A stretch of 64,000 bases of DNA from assembly GCA_000004985.1 (NCBI GenBank), contig GG738884.1. One strand, written 5' to 3'. The position numbers and the translations under genes were made by a program. Shown here piece after piece: positions 45,018 to 55,407 of the stretch. Within the stretch, counting starts at the first letter, position 1. Every line of letters starts with the position of its first letter. The notes below the pieces were generated by a model. It was not told the DNA's origin. It searched no databases and saw nothing but the letters and a program-made list of their open reading frames with translations. The stretch comes from Naegleria gruberi. Its lineage: Eukaryota.

Positions 45018-45375
45018 TTTTTATTCTAAAATCATTTGAAAGGGTTTGTACATAGGGCGCCAAATTTTGGAGGGAAATACTTGTCCATGTAGTGCATGTG
45101 GCGCCAATTTCCAATGAATAAGAAAGAAAAAAATATGAGAAAAAGCTCCTCTCCGTATCAAGTATCACCAACCAATAATGCAAAACGTAATTCTAGGACA
45201 AGTACAGCCTCAACCCTAACAGGCACTTTCACTTCACTTCTCAAATTTATGGAAAGGGTAATGGTGGGGTTTTGTATAAGGCAAAACCAACTCCACAAAA
45301 GAAGAAGGAATGGGATGTAAGTGAATTGATTCAAAAATTGTTCATCAATGATGAGGATAGAATACAATACACGAC

Positions 45376-46861
45376 TTGAAAGTTTATAAATTAACTAAAG
45401 AAGAACTGGAAGCAAAGAAGAGAGCGAGAATCTCTAAAAATCAAGAATTTTATAGAGTTGACACTCCGACTAATGAAAGACCTTGTTCTGCACCTCCTTC
45501 AAGACCTAAGAAAACTCCAATCAAAGAACAACCAACTGTTTCACCTAAAACTCCAAAGAGCATGCCAACTCCAACAAAAAATACTTTCAAATCAAATACA
45601 AAGAAAACCACTAGTACCACCCCTAAGAAAACATTTACTCCTCAATCAGCAGCTAAGATTGCCAGCAATATTGACCTGGACAGTACACAATTCTTGTCTC
45701 CACTCAAATTGAAACCCCCACCCCAATTAGATTTACTTCCTCTCACCTCACGCATTCTTCAACAAGAGATTTCAGAAACTTCAAGCGAAAGTGAGAAGGA
45801 TAAGAGTTTGAATATAAGCGAAGAATTCTTCCAAGAAGATGATTATCATAGATTTGGTGAGTGGAGTAGCAATATTCAACAAAATTCAGCAGATCCATTC
45901 AAAGTGCCAATTGGAGCATCTGACAATGTTCGAGGAAATGAACTTGATTTAATTAAGAACGAGCTTAGTGAACTCAGAAGCAATATGATAAAACTTGATC
46001 CAAATGCAAGAATAGTCGAGAAAAAACTTGAGGAAAGAAAGCAAAGAGAATTTGAATTAGAGGAAAAATCAATGATGTTACAACACGAGTTGGATATTTC
46101 CAGACAATCCTATGCAGAACTGGAAGAACGATTCTCAAAATACAGAGAAGATACAGAGGATAGAGAAATGACTATGCTTCAAAAAATAGAAGAACTTACA
46201 CAATTGCTTATGCAACAAGCAAAAGGCATGTACCCTGGAAAGGAATAGTATGAGTATGAATAATCTAAATGATATGGGGAGTTTTAACTATCTCGTGGAT
46301 AATCAGCACTCTGTGTACAGCAACAGCTATTCAAATGACGAACAGTATGGTGAAGATGAAACTGAGCACAATATCACACCAACAAATTCCACTCCTTCGA
46401 AACCATCCCCTCAAACAGACTTTATCATCAATGGAAGGCCTGTACTGAAAAATATCGCCTCTGAACAAGACATTGCTAGATCACCAACAAGGAATCAATC
46501 TCATTTCCCACAACCTATAATGAGATTTGAAACTAATCCTTTACTTGCAAAGGTAACTCCCTCAAAAACAAGAGTTCCATATAGTGAGGAAAATAAGGAA
46601 AACATGATGACAGAATATTCAGAGAAATTGAGTGATGATGTTTCTCCATTTGCAACTTATAGATATCCAGTCGACGATCAAGATGGAGCTATTGAAATTC
46701 ATAGACCTTTAATTGTAGGAAGAGACTTTTCAAATACAATCCAAAACAATACCGTGGTAACAAAACAACATAAGGATTTCTCTCCTCCAAATTCAGGAAG
46801 AGGACTTATGTTGCCTCCTCAATCCAAAGTTAGAAAGTTTAATATTCGAGAAAAACACTAA
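45376..46861 (+). CDS. hypothetical S/T/P-rich protein encoded by two abutting ORFs (45376..46248 and 46250..46861); 5' end unresolved
   Basis: The TAG stop at 46246-46248 is followed one nucleotide later by ATG 46250 in the +2 frame. ORF 45376 starts at TTG and has no ATG for about 57 codons. The upstream ORF 45096..45320 (ATG at about 45120) ends at ...AATGGGAT|GTAAGT, which could be a 5' exon. Confidence 0.35.
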
Positions 46862-46982
46862 TAAACTAATAGAAAATACTCTTTACTCAATCTTGAGGCT
46901 TATTCAGGAAATTAGGTTTTTTGTGCGATAATTGTAAAACTAAAATATTGAACGATTTTTAATTAAAAAAAAATGCAATAAC

Positions 46983-49421
46983 ATGTCGGGATTGAATTTT
47001 GTCAAGTCAAACAAGGAAATCGATTCAATGATGTTATCACCAACAAGTGGAAAAATAAAAGATGAAAAGAAAGTAGATAATAATTTGGGAAATATTTCTA
47101 TGGACACACCTATGGATTCGGCCATTCTTCCTTCATCATCTAATGTTGATTCGGAAAGGAGAGTATTTTCAACACCTCCTCCTCATCCAGTTGCTGCCCA
47201 ACATTATTATAGAAAATTATTTTCCGATCAACAGGAACCAATAAGAAACGAAGAACAATTGAATGATAATAGTCATCCTAATAATAACAATTTTAAAAGC
47301 AATAATGCAATTTATCCGTCATCATTATCTGGAGCTGCTGGATTTATTACACCATATGCTCAACCAATTTATACGATGATGGCACCACAAGCATTCCAAC
47401 CATATCCAGCCTCTTATCAACCTACTACTTCTGTTCAACCCACTATTTCTTCAATAGTTACAGATTCTTTGCTATCCTTGATTAAATACTTGATTTTCTT
47501 CCTTCTCTCATTGGGTATTTTCAAGGTAGGAAAGAGATGGATTCTTTCTCTTTTGAAAAACTATAGAATTATTGAGAGAGTACCCTCAAGAAAGGAATCA
47601 GAGCTTGTGGTAAAACCAGAAATTAAACTAGAAAAAAGAGAAGAGGAAGAATATTCAAATATTAACGAATCAGAACCAAGAGAACAACAGCAACAACAAA
47701 GGGAGAATGTAAAACCAACAAGTGGAGAATCTACAAATCCTAGTTTGGATTTTAATAGTATGATGTTTTTACAAAGAGAAATATTTGATTTAAAATTATC
47801 TTTAAATGAAATGAAAACTAAAATGGGAGAAATGAATAATCAGGCCATTTCCAATACGTTATTAAAACAAATGGAATTGCAACAGGAACAACAAAAGATG
47901 ATCCTCTCCCAAACACTCTCCAAAAATGACAAATCAACCTCTTCTGATGAGCTTCACCGTGAACTTAATAATTTGAGAAATGATTTATCTCAAATGAAAG
48001 GAATGATGATGGTCAATCATCAACCTTACACTGTAGCTCCACCAATTATTCACAGAGAGCCAGTCCAATACTATCCAAAATATAGTACTCAATCAGTTTC
48101 CCCAGCTACCAGCTCTAGCTCCAACGAGAACAAGCTTATTGAACACAATTTGACAAGTAGTATCAAGACAAGCTCACCACCTACTAGAAAAGAAGGAAAA
48201 GCCCCTTCACCTGTAAATTACCTTAATTCTTACAGCACAACTGACCCAACAAATTATGAATCAGGTATTTCCAAACGTTCTCAACCTTCTATTGAGATGC
48301 CACAGCAACCTACAGAAGAAAAAACCAACTCAGCTCAAGAAGCAACACAAGAACATGTTGAATCAAAAACAACACCGACCAATGAGGAAAAGACTGATGA
48401 ATCACAATTTGAATATGGGCAAAAATTCGAACCAATCACAGAGGAAGAATATGATCAAGTTTATGGTGAATATCTGAATTCTCTAGGTAAACGATTCGAA
48501 GATCAAGTAAATTTCCATACACACGCCGAACCTACACCCTCTGAAACTAAAACTGAGAATGCTACTGTTGAGGAAACCATCCCAGTTCAAGAAAGCAACC
48601 CTGTAGCTCAAAATAATGAGAACAATTCACTTGAAACTGAAACTCCAATGACAAGTAATATCACCACAAGCAAACCATTCGATGAGGTTGACGTATTCAA
48701 TATTTTGAAAACACCAACACTATCATTCGATGAATTATTTGTCAAGGCCTCTCCAAAGCAACCTGAAGCATCCTCTGTTTTCAATGATGTAACTTCTCCA
48801 TCAGTATCTATTGAGAATAATAATGCTGTTACTGAAAGCTCACCATCATTTGTAACACCTCAGGCTAGTTCTTCAATTCAGGAGGCTGCCAGAGAGTTGA
48901 GAAAAACTCAACTCACTGCCAAACAAAAGAAATCCAAGATATTTGGTGTATTGTTAGCCCCTGAAAAGAAGACAAAGAAAAAAAGACCAGCCAAAACAAC
49001 TACACCTGAAACCCAAGAAGCGCCAAAGGAGTCAACTCCAAACACAATTTCTATTGAAACTAGCATATTGTCAGAGAGTGAAAAATCAATTGAAAATTCA
49101 CCTGAAGCGGTACTACCAGTCAACAATTTCGCTCCAGAAATTCCAATCAGCATGAACACTCTCTCCAATCCAATTATTGATCCTCCTTCAACAGAATCTT
49201 TTGAAAAGTTTGAAACGTATAATTTTGAAAATGATGAAAGGTTCCAAAGAATGTTAAGTCTCACAGCTGACGACGAAGATTGCCCAATCAATAAGGATGA
49301 TCCAAACTTTTTATTAATGCAAAAAGGAATATATTTTAAACAATTGTTAGGAAATGATGACTTTGATTTAGAGGCCTACATGAAGGTAAAAGGAATTGAA
49401 ACCAATCAACAGAATAATTGA
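46983..49421 (+). CDS. hypothetical single-pass membrane protein (812 aa), S/T/P/N/E-rich
   Basis: ATG at 46983. It has one strong transmembrane segment (LLSLIKYLIFFLLSLGIFKV) followed by a coiled-coil stretch and a long acidic, low-complexity tail. Confidence 0.5.
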   Translation: MSGLNFVKSNKEIDSMMLSPTSGKIKDEKKVDNNLGNISMDTPMDSAILPSSSNVDSERRVFSTPPPHPVAAQHYYRKLFSDQQEPIRNEEQLNDNSHPNNNNFKSNNAIYPSSLSGAAGFITPYAQPIYTMMAPQAFQPYPASYQPTTSVQPTISSIVTDSLLSLIKYLIFFLLSLGIFKVGKRWILSLLKNYRIIERVPSRKESELVVKPEIKLEKREEEEYSNINESEPREQQQQQRENVKPTSGESTNPSLDFNSMMFLQREIFDLKLSLNEMKTKMGEMNNQAISNTLLKQMELQQEQQKMILSQTLSKNDKSTSSDELHRELNNLRNDLSQMKGMMMVNHQPYTVAPPIIHREPVQYYPKYSTQSVSPATSSSSNENKLIEHNLTSSIKTSSPPTRKEGKAPSPVNYLNSYSTTDPTNYESGISKRSQPSIEMPQQPTEEKTNSAQEATQEHVESKTTPTNEEKTDESQFEYGQKFEPITEEEYDQVYGEYLNSLGKRFEDQVNFHTHAEPTPSETKTENATVEETIPVQESNPVAQNNENNSLETETPMTSNITTSKPFDEVDVFNILKTPTLSFDELFVKASPKQPEASSVFNDVTSPSVSIENNNAVTESSPSFVTPQASSSIQEAARELRKTQLTAKQKKSKIFGVLLAPEKKTKKKRPAKTTTPETQEAPKESTPNTISIETSILSESEKSIENSPEAVLPVNNFAPEIPISMNTLSNPIIDPPSTESFEKFETYNFENDERFQRMLSLTADDEDCPINKDDPNFLLMQKGIYFKQLLGNDDFDLEAYMKVKGIETNQQNN

Positions 49422-49445
49422 TGATTTACATTTCAGGAACATTAA

Positions 49446-50486
49446 TTAATGAATATTGTGTTTATCTGTGACACTGAGTCTATCACAATAGAAAGGAAAA
49501 ACAACAAAGATCTGATTTTTCTCATTATATGCTATCCTTCCATTTTTTGATTCATATACTTGTGGAATTGTTAATCCAAAAAGTTCTAAATAAAGCTCTG
49601 AAATCTCCTGTTCTAAATTAACCTCTTCCATCTTTTTTGAAATACCTCCCACAACCAATGTTTTGCTTATAGTGGATGATGCTGAAACATTTGGACCAGT
49701 GAGACCTGGCCAAATTTGAATGTGTGTCTCCATAGAAATAAGCTGTTCTACCTCGGTTATCGTATCATCATCATGCTTGTCGAAAGTTGAAGAACGATGA
49801 TAAATTAAAGCTTGGCTTTCATATTTGGTTTTGAGAGATTTAAACGAATCTAGGTAATGTAGGAGAAATTCACCATCTGAAATAGATTCCAAAAATGTTG
49901 AGTTTTTGTATTTGGGTGGATAAAGGGTTCTCAATTTTCTGATTGAAACCCTTTTCAAGTCTCTGTGACTTGTTTTCCAGTTAGCTTTGGAATAGTCTAT
50001 TAAATAGTGAAATATTTCATGTTTGAATTTCTCCTTGATATCATTATATGCAACCCTAAATAAATTGTGCAAAAGTAAACACGGCATCCATTTAACAATT
50101 TCTATATATTTATGTTCTCTTGTTGATTGTTCCAATTGGTTATTGACTCTTACTAATGTATCCGATCTAAATCCAACTCGTGAAAATGTGTTATTATAAA
50201 ATTCCTGCAAAACTTTCCTAAATTTTACACTTTTAAATCCTGATCCCCAGTTGAATCCATCAAAATATTCCTTTTCCAATATAAAACCATCACAAAATCT
50301 GGATGCCAACCTGAAAACAGCATTTCCGAAAACACATCTATCCGTATTGACTTGTTGTAATTGTTCATGGAAAAATCTATTCGATAATTCCAACAAATAA
50401 ATTGAAGGGATTTCCAAATAGGAGAGTATACAATTACATAAATCCTCATTATCGGTAAACAGAGAGAACAAGCTTTCTTCTGCCAT
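49446..50486 (-). CDS. F-box protein (346 aa), single exon
   Basis: ATG at 50486. The N-terminus LCNCILSYLEIPSIYLLELSNRFFHEQL is F-box-like. Confidence 0.5.
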   Translation of the reverse strand: MAEESLFSLFTDNEDLCNCILSYLEIPSIYLLELSNRFFHEQLQQVNTDRCVFGNAVFRLASRFCDGFILEKEYFDGFNWGSGFKSVKFRKVLQEFYNNTFSRVGFRSDTLVRVNNQLEQSTREHKYIEIVKWMPCLLLHNLFRVAYNDIKEKFKHEIFHYLIDYSKANWKTSHRDLKRVSIRKLRTLYPPKYKNSTFLESISDGEFLLHYLDSFKSLKTKYESQALIYHRSSTFDKHDDDTITEVEQLISMETHIQIWPGLTGPNVSASSTISKTLVVGGISKKMEEVNLEQEISELYLELFGLTIPQVYESKNGRIAYNEKNQIFVVFPFYCDRLSVTDKHNIH

Positions 50487-50571
50487 TTTTTTAAATAATT
50501 AATTGATCATTGTTTAATCTATTAATATATTTAATATGATCCAACACTCATTGTAACAAATTTCATTACAA

Positions 50572-50970
50572 TTATTGCTTTGAGTGTGCCAGCAATGCAT
50601 CAACCCAAGAACACAACTTTTCTGCAACCATTGAAATATTGCCATAACTATTCTCCAAAATTCCTTGATGATTATTTACAAAAATTGTGGCCTTCTCTAA
50701 GGTTTCCTTAGATACAGACTCGATAGCAACAATTCTCGATCTAATATCCACACTTCCAGTAAGTTCTCTCATTATGTCTTTCCAATCATATAAACCCTCC
50801 TCTTCAGTGGCTATGTTCTTTTTACTCTCCAACAAGATCATCACAAGGGAAAACATGATTGGCAATTTTGCTGGAGGTCTGCAGAATGACATCATTTCAT
50901 TAAATCCGTGTCTCTCAAGTTTTTGAACATTGGAGCGTGCTTGATCTAATCTTTCCCTTGTTGAAGACAT
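50572..50970 (-). CDS. small protein (132 aa) resembling the segment at the base of the dynein heavy chain stalk (KPP..VKLVMEAVCILLG...DW...GLCSWV pattern); paralog A
   Basis: ATG at 50970, single exon. FCRPPAKLPIMFSLVMILLESKK...YDWKDIMRELT...AEKLCSWVDALLAHS lines up motif by motif with the dynein heavy chain region just N-terminal to coiled-coil 1 of the stalk. Confidence 0.5.
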   Translation of the reverse strand: MSSTRERLDQARSNVQKLERHGFNEMMSFCRPPAKLPIMFSLVMILLESKKNIATEEEGLYDWKDIMRELTGSVDIRSRIVAIESVSKETLEKATIFVNNHQGILENSYGNISMVAEKLCSWVDALLAHSKQ

Positions 50971-51209
50971 TTTTTTAAAATTGAAACTTTAAGGTTTTGA
51001 GAGATTGAAAAAAACTGTAGAAATACTCATTAACAAAGTTCATCAGTAAAGAATTAATTGTAGTGGATATAAGATAAGGAAATAGTATATGAATGGAATG
51101 CAGATACCTTCAAGTGATGTAGATGAAAGGTTTAGAGTATACTCTAAAGTAAACTGTCTTTGTTTGTGAATATTCCAAATGCATCTAATCGACATAAAGT
51201 GTTGTTGGC

Positions 51210-51641
51210 TCAATTTTGAGTTGATTCTACATGATTAATCAAAGCGAGTGACCACGAAACCAATAAATAGGCAATGGATAAAGAGCATTTTCCCAAAGAA
51301 TTTTCATTAAAAGCATCTGGATGACGATTAATAAAGATTTTTGCCTTATCAAGAGTGTCTTTGGAGATTGTGTCCATCTTTGTTATCGAATCAATAAGAT
51401 CAGAATTATTCAATCTCTTAACAATTTCCAACCATTCATAAATTTGATCATTAGGAAGTGACTCCTTCCTTGGTTGTGTTTCGAGAAGAATGAGCACCAA
51501 ACTTAACATTTCAATAAGCTTTGTAGGAGGACATTTAAAAGCCATCAATTCCGAAAAATCACTTCTTCTGCACTGAGATTTAATTGAGGCTCGTGCCTGT
51601 TCAAGTTTTTCAAATGATGTTGATGAAGATGAAAGTGACAT
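51210..51641 (-). CDS. paralog B of the dynein-stalk-base-like small protein (143 aa)
   Basis: ATG at 51641. FKCPPTKLIEMLSLVLILLETQ...YEWLEIVKRLN...LSIAYLLVSWSLALINHV. It is colinear with 50572..50970 and about 240 bp upstream on the same strand. Confidence 0.5.
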   Translation of the reverse strand: MSLSSSSTSFEKLEQARASIKSQCRRSDFSELMAFKCPPTKLIEMLSLVLILLETQPRKESLPNDQIYEWLEIVKRLNNSDLIDSITKMDTISKDTLDKAKIFINRHPDAFNENSLGKCSLSIAYLLVSWSLALINHVESTQN

Positions 51642-52073
51642 TTTTTTCTTGTTCTTTTTATGAACCTAAAACTACAGTGGCCCTTGAGTCTCAAACTCAT
51701 CAAATATGAACTCTGGTTGTATTTTTCTATTAATTTAGGTTGACATTCAATAATATACGACTTTACAATCTCAATTCGATTTAGCTCATGCTCTGATAGT
51801 ACAACCGAGATTGAGTGATTAATGCTCACTTCCATCCATCATTTGTGCATGCTCTTTTAATACGCACGCATTTATTGTTTTTTATTGCTGTACACGCTTG
51901 AGCGGCATAATCAAAAAACAAGAATCAAAAAAAAAGGCGTATTTGCTACCTCTGCCACATCCAAACCCATCATCACATTCCGTTCCTTGTGTGTTGTTGA
52001 CTAATTATTTATTGTCTCCCATTGTGTTACCTCTTCTTCTTTCACTCACTTACCATAATTGAAATACTTTTCA

Positions 52074-52919
52074 ATGTCATCAGTAACTAGCAATACTTCC
52101 ACAAGTACCTCTACCAACGCTACTAATAGTAGAGAATCATCAAGAATCATAAAGGCCAAGAATTTGAGTCAACATGAAGCCTTGTTAGAAACAGAAGAAC
52201 ATTATGAAACCTTCTTGGATGCTAGCAAGGACAGTAAATTGCACTCAGATAAAGTATGGATAAAGCCTGACCCAAGCATTTTCAAGTCGGAAAATGTAAA
52301 GAATCTTGTTGAACAATTCCAACAACAGCATCAATCGTCAGATGACGAATATTCATTAACTCTCCAATTATTCCCTGATACCACCACCTGTCCTAATTCT
52401 CATGATGATTTAGTCTTGTCAGCTGTTATTCACACTCTCCAAGAATTGAAAAGATCCCACGTTGACCTTTTACTCATCAAAGTTTCCAATTCAAAGCATT
52501 TGTTGAAATATTGGGCCGATATGGAATTACTTGTTGAAAATAACCTTGTCAAACAAATTGGTATTTGTGATATTGAAGTTAATGATCTCGAGCACTTGGT
52601 ATCACAAGTTAAAATTATGCCAAATGTTGTTCAAGTCAACCTTGCCTCCTATGAATCCATTGAATCTATTAGTGAATTATCACAATATTGTACAGGACAT
52701 TCAATTAAGGTTTTAACTGGTTCCAGAGGCTCATTCTCTGATTTTGCAAATGCTGGCGCTAAAGCCGCAGGTTCAAAAGATATTCAATTGAATTGGGTTG
52801 TCAGATATTCCCTCCTCTCTAGACCAACATCAGTAGTCTCAGATATGGGATTCCTGGTCAAATTGGATGGAACTGAAAAATGTACATGCATTTCAAATCA
52901 AGACCAAAATTCTCTGTAA
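52074..52919 (+). CDS. GCLM: glutamate-cysteine ligase modifier (regulatory) subunit GCLM-like protein (AKR-like fold)
   Basis: ORF 52059..52919; the first ATG is at 52074. YWADMELLVENNLVKQIGICDIEVNDLEHL, VKIMPNVVQVNLAS and LNWVVRYSLLSR match the conserved blocks of GCLM as I recall them (YWEELENLVQSKKIVAIGTSDLDKTQLEQL; VKPNSNQVNLAS; LWLLRYSVIVKSRG). Confidence 0.65.
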   Translation: MSSVTSNTSTSTSTNATNSRESSRIIKAKNLSQHEALLETEEHYETFLDASKDSKLHSDKVWIKPDPSIFKSENVKNLVEQFQQQHQSSDDEYSLTLQLFPDTTTCPNSHDDLVLSAVIHTLQELKRSHVDLLLIKVSNSKHLLKYWADMELLVENNLVKQIGICDIEVNDLEHLVSQVKIMPNVVQVNLASYESIESISELSQYCTGHSIKVLTGSRGSFSDFANAGAKAAGSKDIQLNWVVRYSLLSRPTSVVSDMGFLVKLDGTEKCTCISNQDQNSL

Positions 52920-53945
52920 ATATTTCAATTAAATTATTTGCTCCTTAATCTCAAGTTTCAATCGAAATTCTAAAGTGCATTCTACCAATACCATGTCTAA
53001 ATGTTTTCCACAAGAAACAAGATGAATTTCATTCGTTGTCACACTTACCATCAATGTCACTGAAAATTTCCTCGACCAATGGATTTGATAAATGATGAGG
53101 GAATGGATTTGAAAAGATAAGAATCAGAATCCTCATCTTTGTTTGATATTCCTATTTGAGGACCGATTGGTGACCTTTCGCATTGTTCAGCAAAGTTTAA
53201 CAAAATGAAAGTTCAATTCTGACAACCGAAGTTAAAGAACATATGATTTTTGTTAAACTTTAATGAACCAATTTATTGAACAAAAAGGCATCTATGATTC
53301 TTCGTTAACGTCATACAGTACAAGACTATTTGATATACTACACTTTTATTTAATTATTTGTTTACTTAGCCTCCTTAATTACTTTTTATTCATAAAGTTT
53401 GAGAATTGTAAATATTTCCAATTAAATTATTTTCTTAATATCTCAATTTGAGGATAACCTTCTTTTTGAATCAATATCATGGAAATTCAATTCCGTATTT
53501 CTAGAGAGATTACAAAATCTATTAATATCATGCTTGTTTTCAACAGTATTTCCAAGCAGAAATTGAACTTGCTGGGAAATTTCAATCGTCATTTTATAAA
53601 AAAATTTCTAAACAATGAGCGTAAGTTTTGGATTTTAGCTAAATTTTTTTTATCATGATTTTAACACTGTGAACTCGAACTCGCTAATAATATTGTTGTG
53701 TTGCTTTACATTGATGAAACTACAAAATATTTACTACTTTTTGTGATGATTGTGGTGCTCTGTCTTCCTTTGTTTAAAAATTGTTATTTTATGATCATAA
53801 AATTGTACAATGAACTCTTCCTACTTGGTTAAACAATATTGCCACTGTGCCTAATTTTTCGACCCAAATAATGATGATAACACATAATGTTATTATATTG
53901 TACTCTCCATATAATAATAATTGTAATAATAATTTGATCAAATAG

Positions 53946-54731
53946 TCAAAACTTAAATTAACCTCCACACAAAAGAATACACTCCAACAATTCCGTAATA
54001 TTACATCAACATCCGAGAAGGTTGCCACAGATTTCCTCAAAAAGTCAAACTGGGAATTGGATAGAGCTGTTGATGATTATTACAATAGTACTAATGGTGG
54101 TTTGAGCTCTGTCACCTTGTCTAAAGAAATGGAAGAAGCCTTTGAAAAATACAAACAAGCCAGTAACAATACAAACGAAGACACTATCAACAATGTTACT
54201 CTTGATGGTATTTTGGAACTTGCCAAAGACTTGGAAACTGATCCAGAATCAGATCCTCTCATCTTTGTTTTATTCTACAAACTTGGTTGCAAGTCGGCCT
54301 ATAATATTACTCCTGATGAATGGAAGCAAGGTATGGGTGGTGATTTAAAGGTCACAAAGATGGATCAATTGAAGAAGAAGATTAGTCAAGTCAAGTCTGA
54401 TATTTACAATGATAATCAACTATTCAAAGACTTTTATGAATATGTTTTTGATTACTCTTTGGATGAAGGAGCAAAGACTGTTCCACCAGATATTGCTATC
54501 GGTCAATGGAAATTGATTATGAAGGGAAAGTACAAATTCTTGGATGCTTGGTGTGAATATATAGAAAAGGTCTTCAAGAAGGCTATTACAGCTGACACTT
54601 GGAAACTCTTCTTGGACTTTACCAAGAATTATGCCACTGGTGACTATAAGGATTACGATGCTGATGCAGGTGCTTGGCCAGTTGCTATTGATGATTTCTG
54701 TGTTTGGCATCAAGAAAAGTTGAAGAAATAA
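53946..54731 (+). CDS. DCN1-like (DCUN1D) cullin-neddylation co-E3; the 5' micro-exon with the ATG was not found
   Basis: The frame is open from 53946 after the acceptor-like AAATAG. The UBA-like N-terminus is SKLKLTSTQKNTLQQFRNITSTSEKVATDFLKKSNWELDRAVDDYY. The PONY domain has DAWCEYIEKVFKKAITADTWKLFLDFT. Stop at 54731. Confidence 0.7.
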   Translation, partial: SKLKLTSTQKNTLQQFRNITSTSEKVATDFLKKSNWELDRAVDDYYNSTNGGLSSVTLSKEMEEAFEKYKQASNNTNEDTINNVTLDGILELAKDLETDPESDPLIFVLFYKLGCKSAYNITPDEWKQGMGGDLKVTKMDQLKKKISQVKSDIYNDNQLFKDFYEYVFDYSLDEGAKTVPPDIAIGQWKLIMKGKYKFLDAWCEYIEKVFKKAITADTWKLFLDFTKNYATGDYKDYDADAGAWPVAIDDFCVWHQEKLKK

Positions 54732-54824
54732 ACATCTTCAACCTCTAGTGTAATAATATTATTAATTTTGCATTAATAGTTAAAAATTAAATTTAAAATT
54801 AAATAATTAAAAAAAATAATAACA

Positions 54825-55314
54825 ATGGTTGTCTTCAAACAAAGAACAGTTTCAATTTGTGCATCAAAGAGAGGTTTTCATCTTGTCACTGATAAAATTC
54901 TCAAACAAATTCAACAAGATTTAAATGGTGTTTCTATTGGATTATGTAATTTATTCATTCAACATACTTCGGCTTCATTGACAGTGAATGAAAATTATGA
55001 TCCTTCTGTTAGACACGATTTAGAAGAGTCTTTTAATAGGCTTGCACCTGAAAATCAATCATACTATCAACATACTATGGAAGGTTAGTTATTTAATAAT
55101 AATAAGAAGGATATTAATAATGGCATGATAATTGAATAATTTAGGCTCCGATGATATGCCTGCTCATATTAAAACTGTATTGATTGGTCCATCGATTACT
55201 ATTCCTATCACAAATGGAAAATTAAACCTTGGAACCTGGCAGGGCATCTACTTGTGCGAACATCGTGATCATCCTTCTGATAGAAAGATTGTTGTTACCA
55301 TTCAAGGACAATAA
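54825..55314 (+). CDS. YjbQ/UPF0047 family protein (secondary thiamine-phosphate synthase-like), two exons
   Basis: Exons 54825..55083 and 55145..55314. The intron 55084..55144 (61 nt) runs GTTAGT...AATTTAG (phase 1). Splicing gives ...SYYQHTMEG|[41 protein letters not shown], which carries the YjbQ signature. Confidence 0.75.
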
Positions 55315-55407
55315 TTCATTTTCTATCGTAATTTGACAATTGTTATCATGAAAATATTCACACAAATTTATAGTTTATATTATTTAGAATCTAATGTTGG
55401 AATTATG

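Noticed and set aside
53795-54040. Minus-strand ORF of 81 aa.
   Set aside because: It overlaps the DCN1-like N-terminal exon, which aligns residue by residue with the DCN1 UBA-like domain on the plus strand. The minus ORF is low-complexity.
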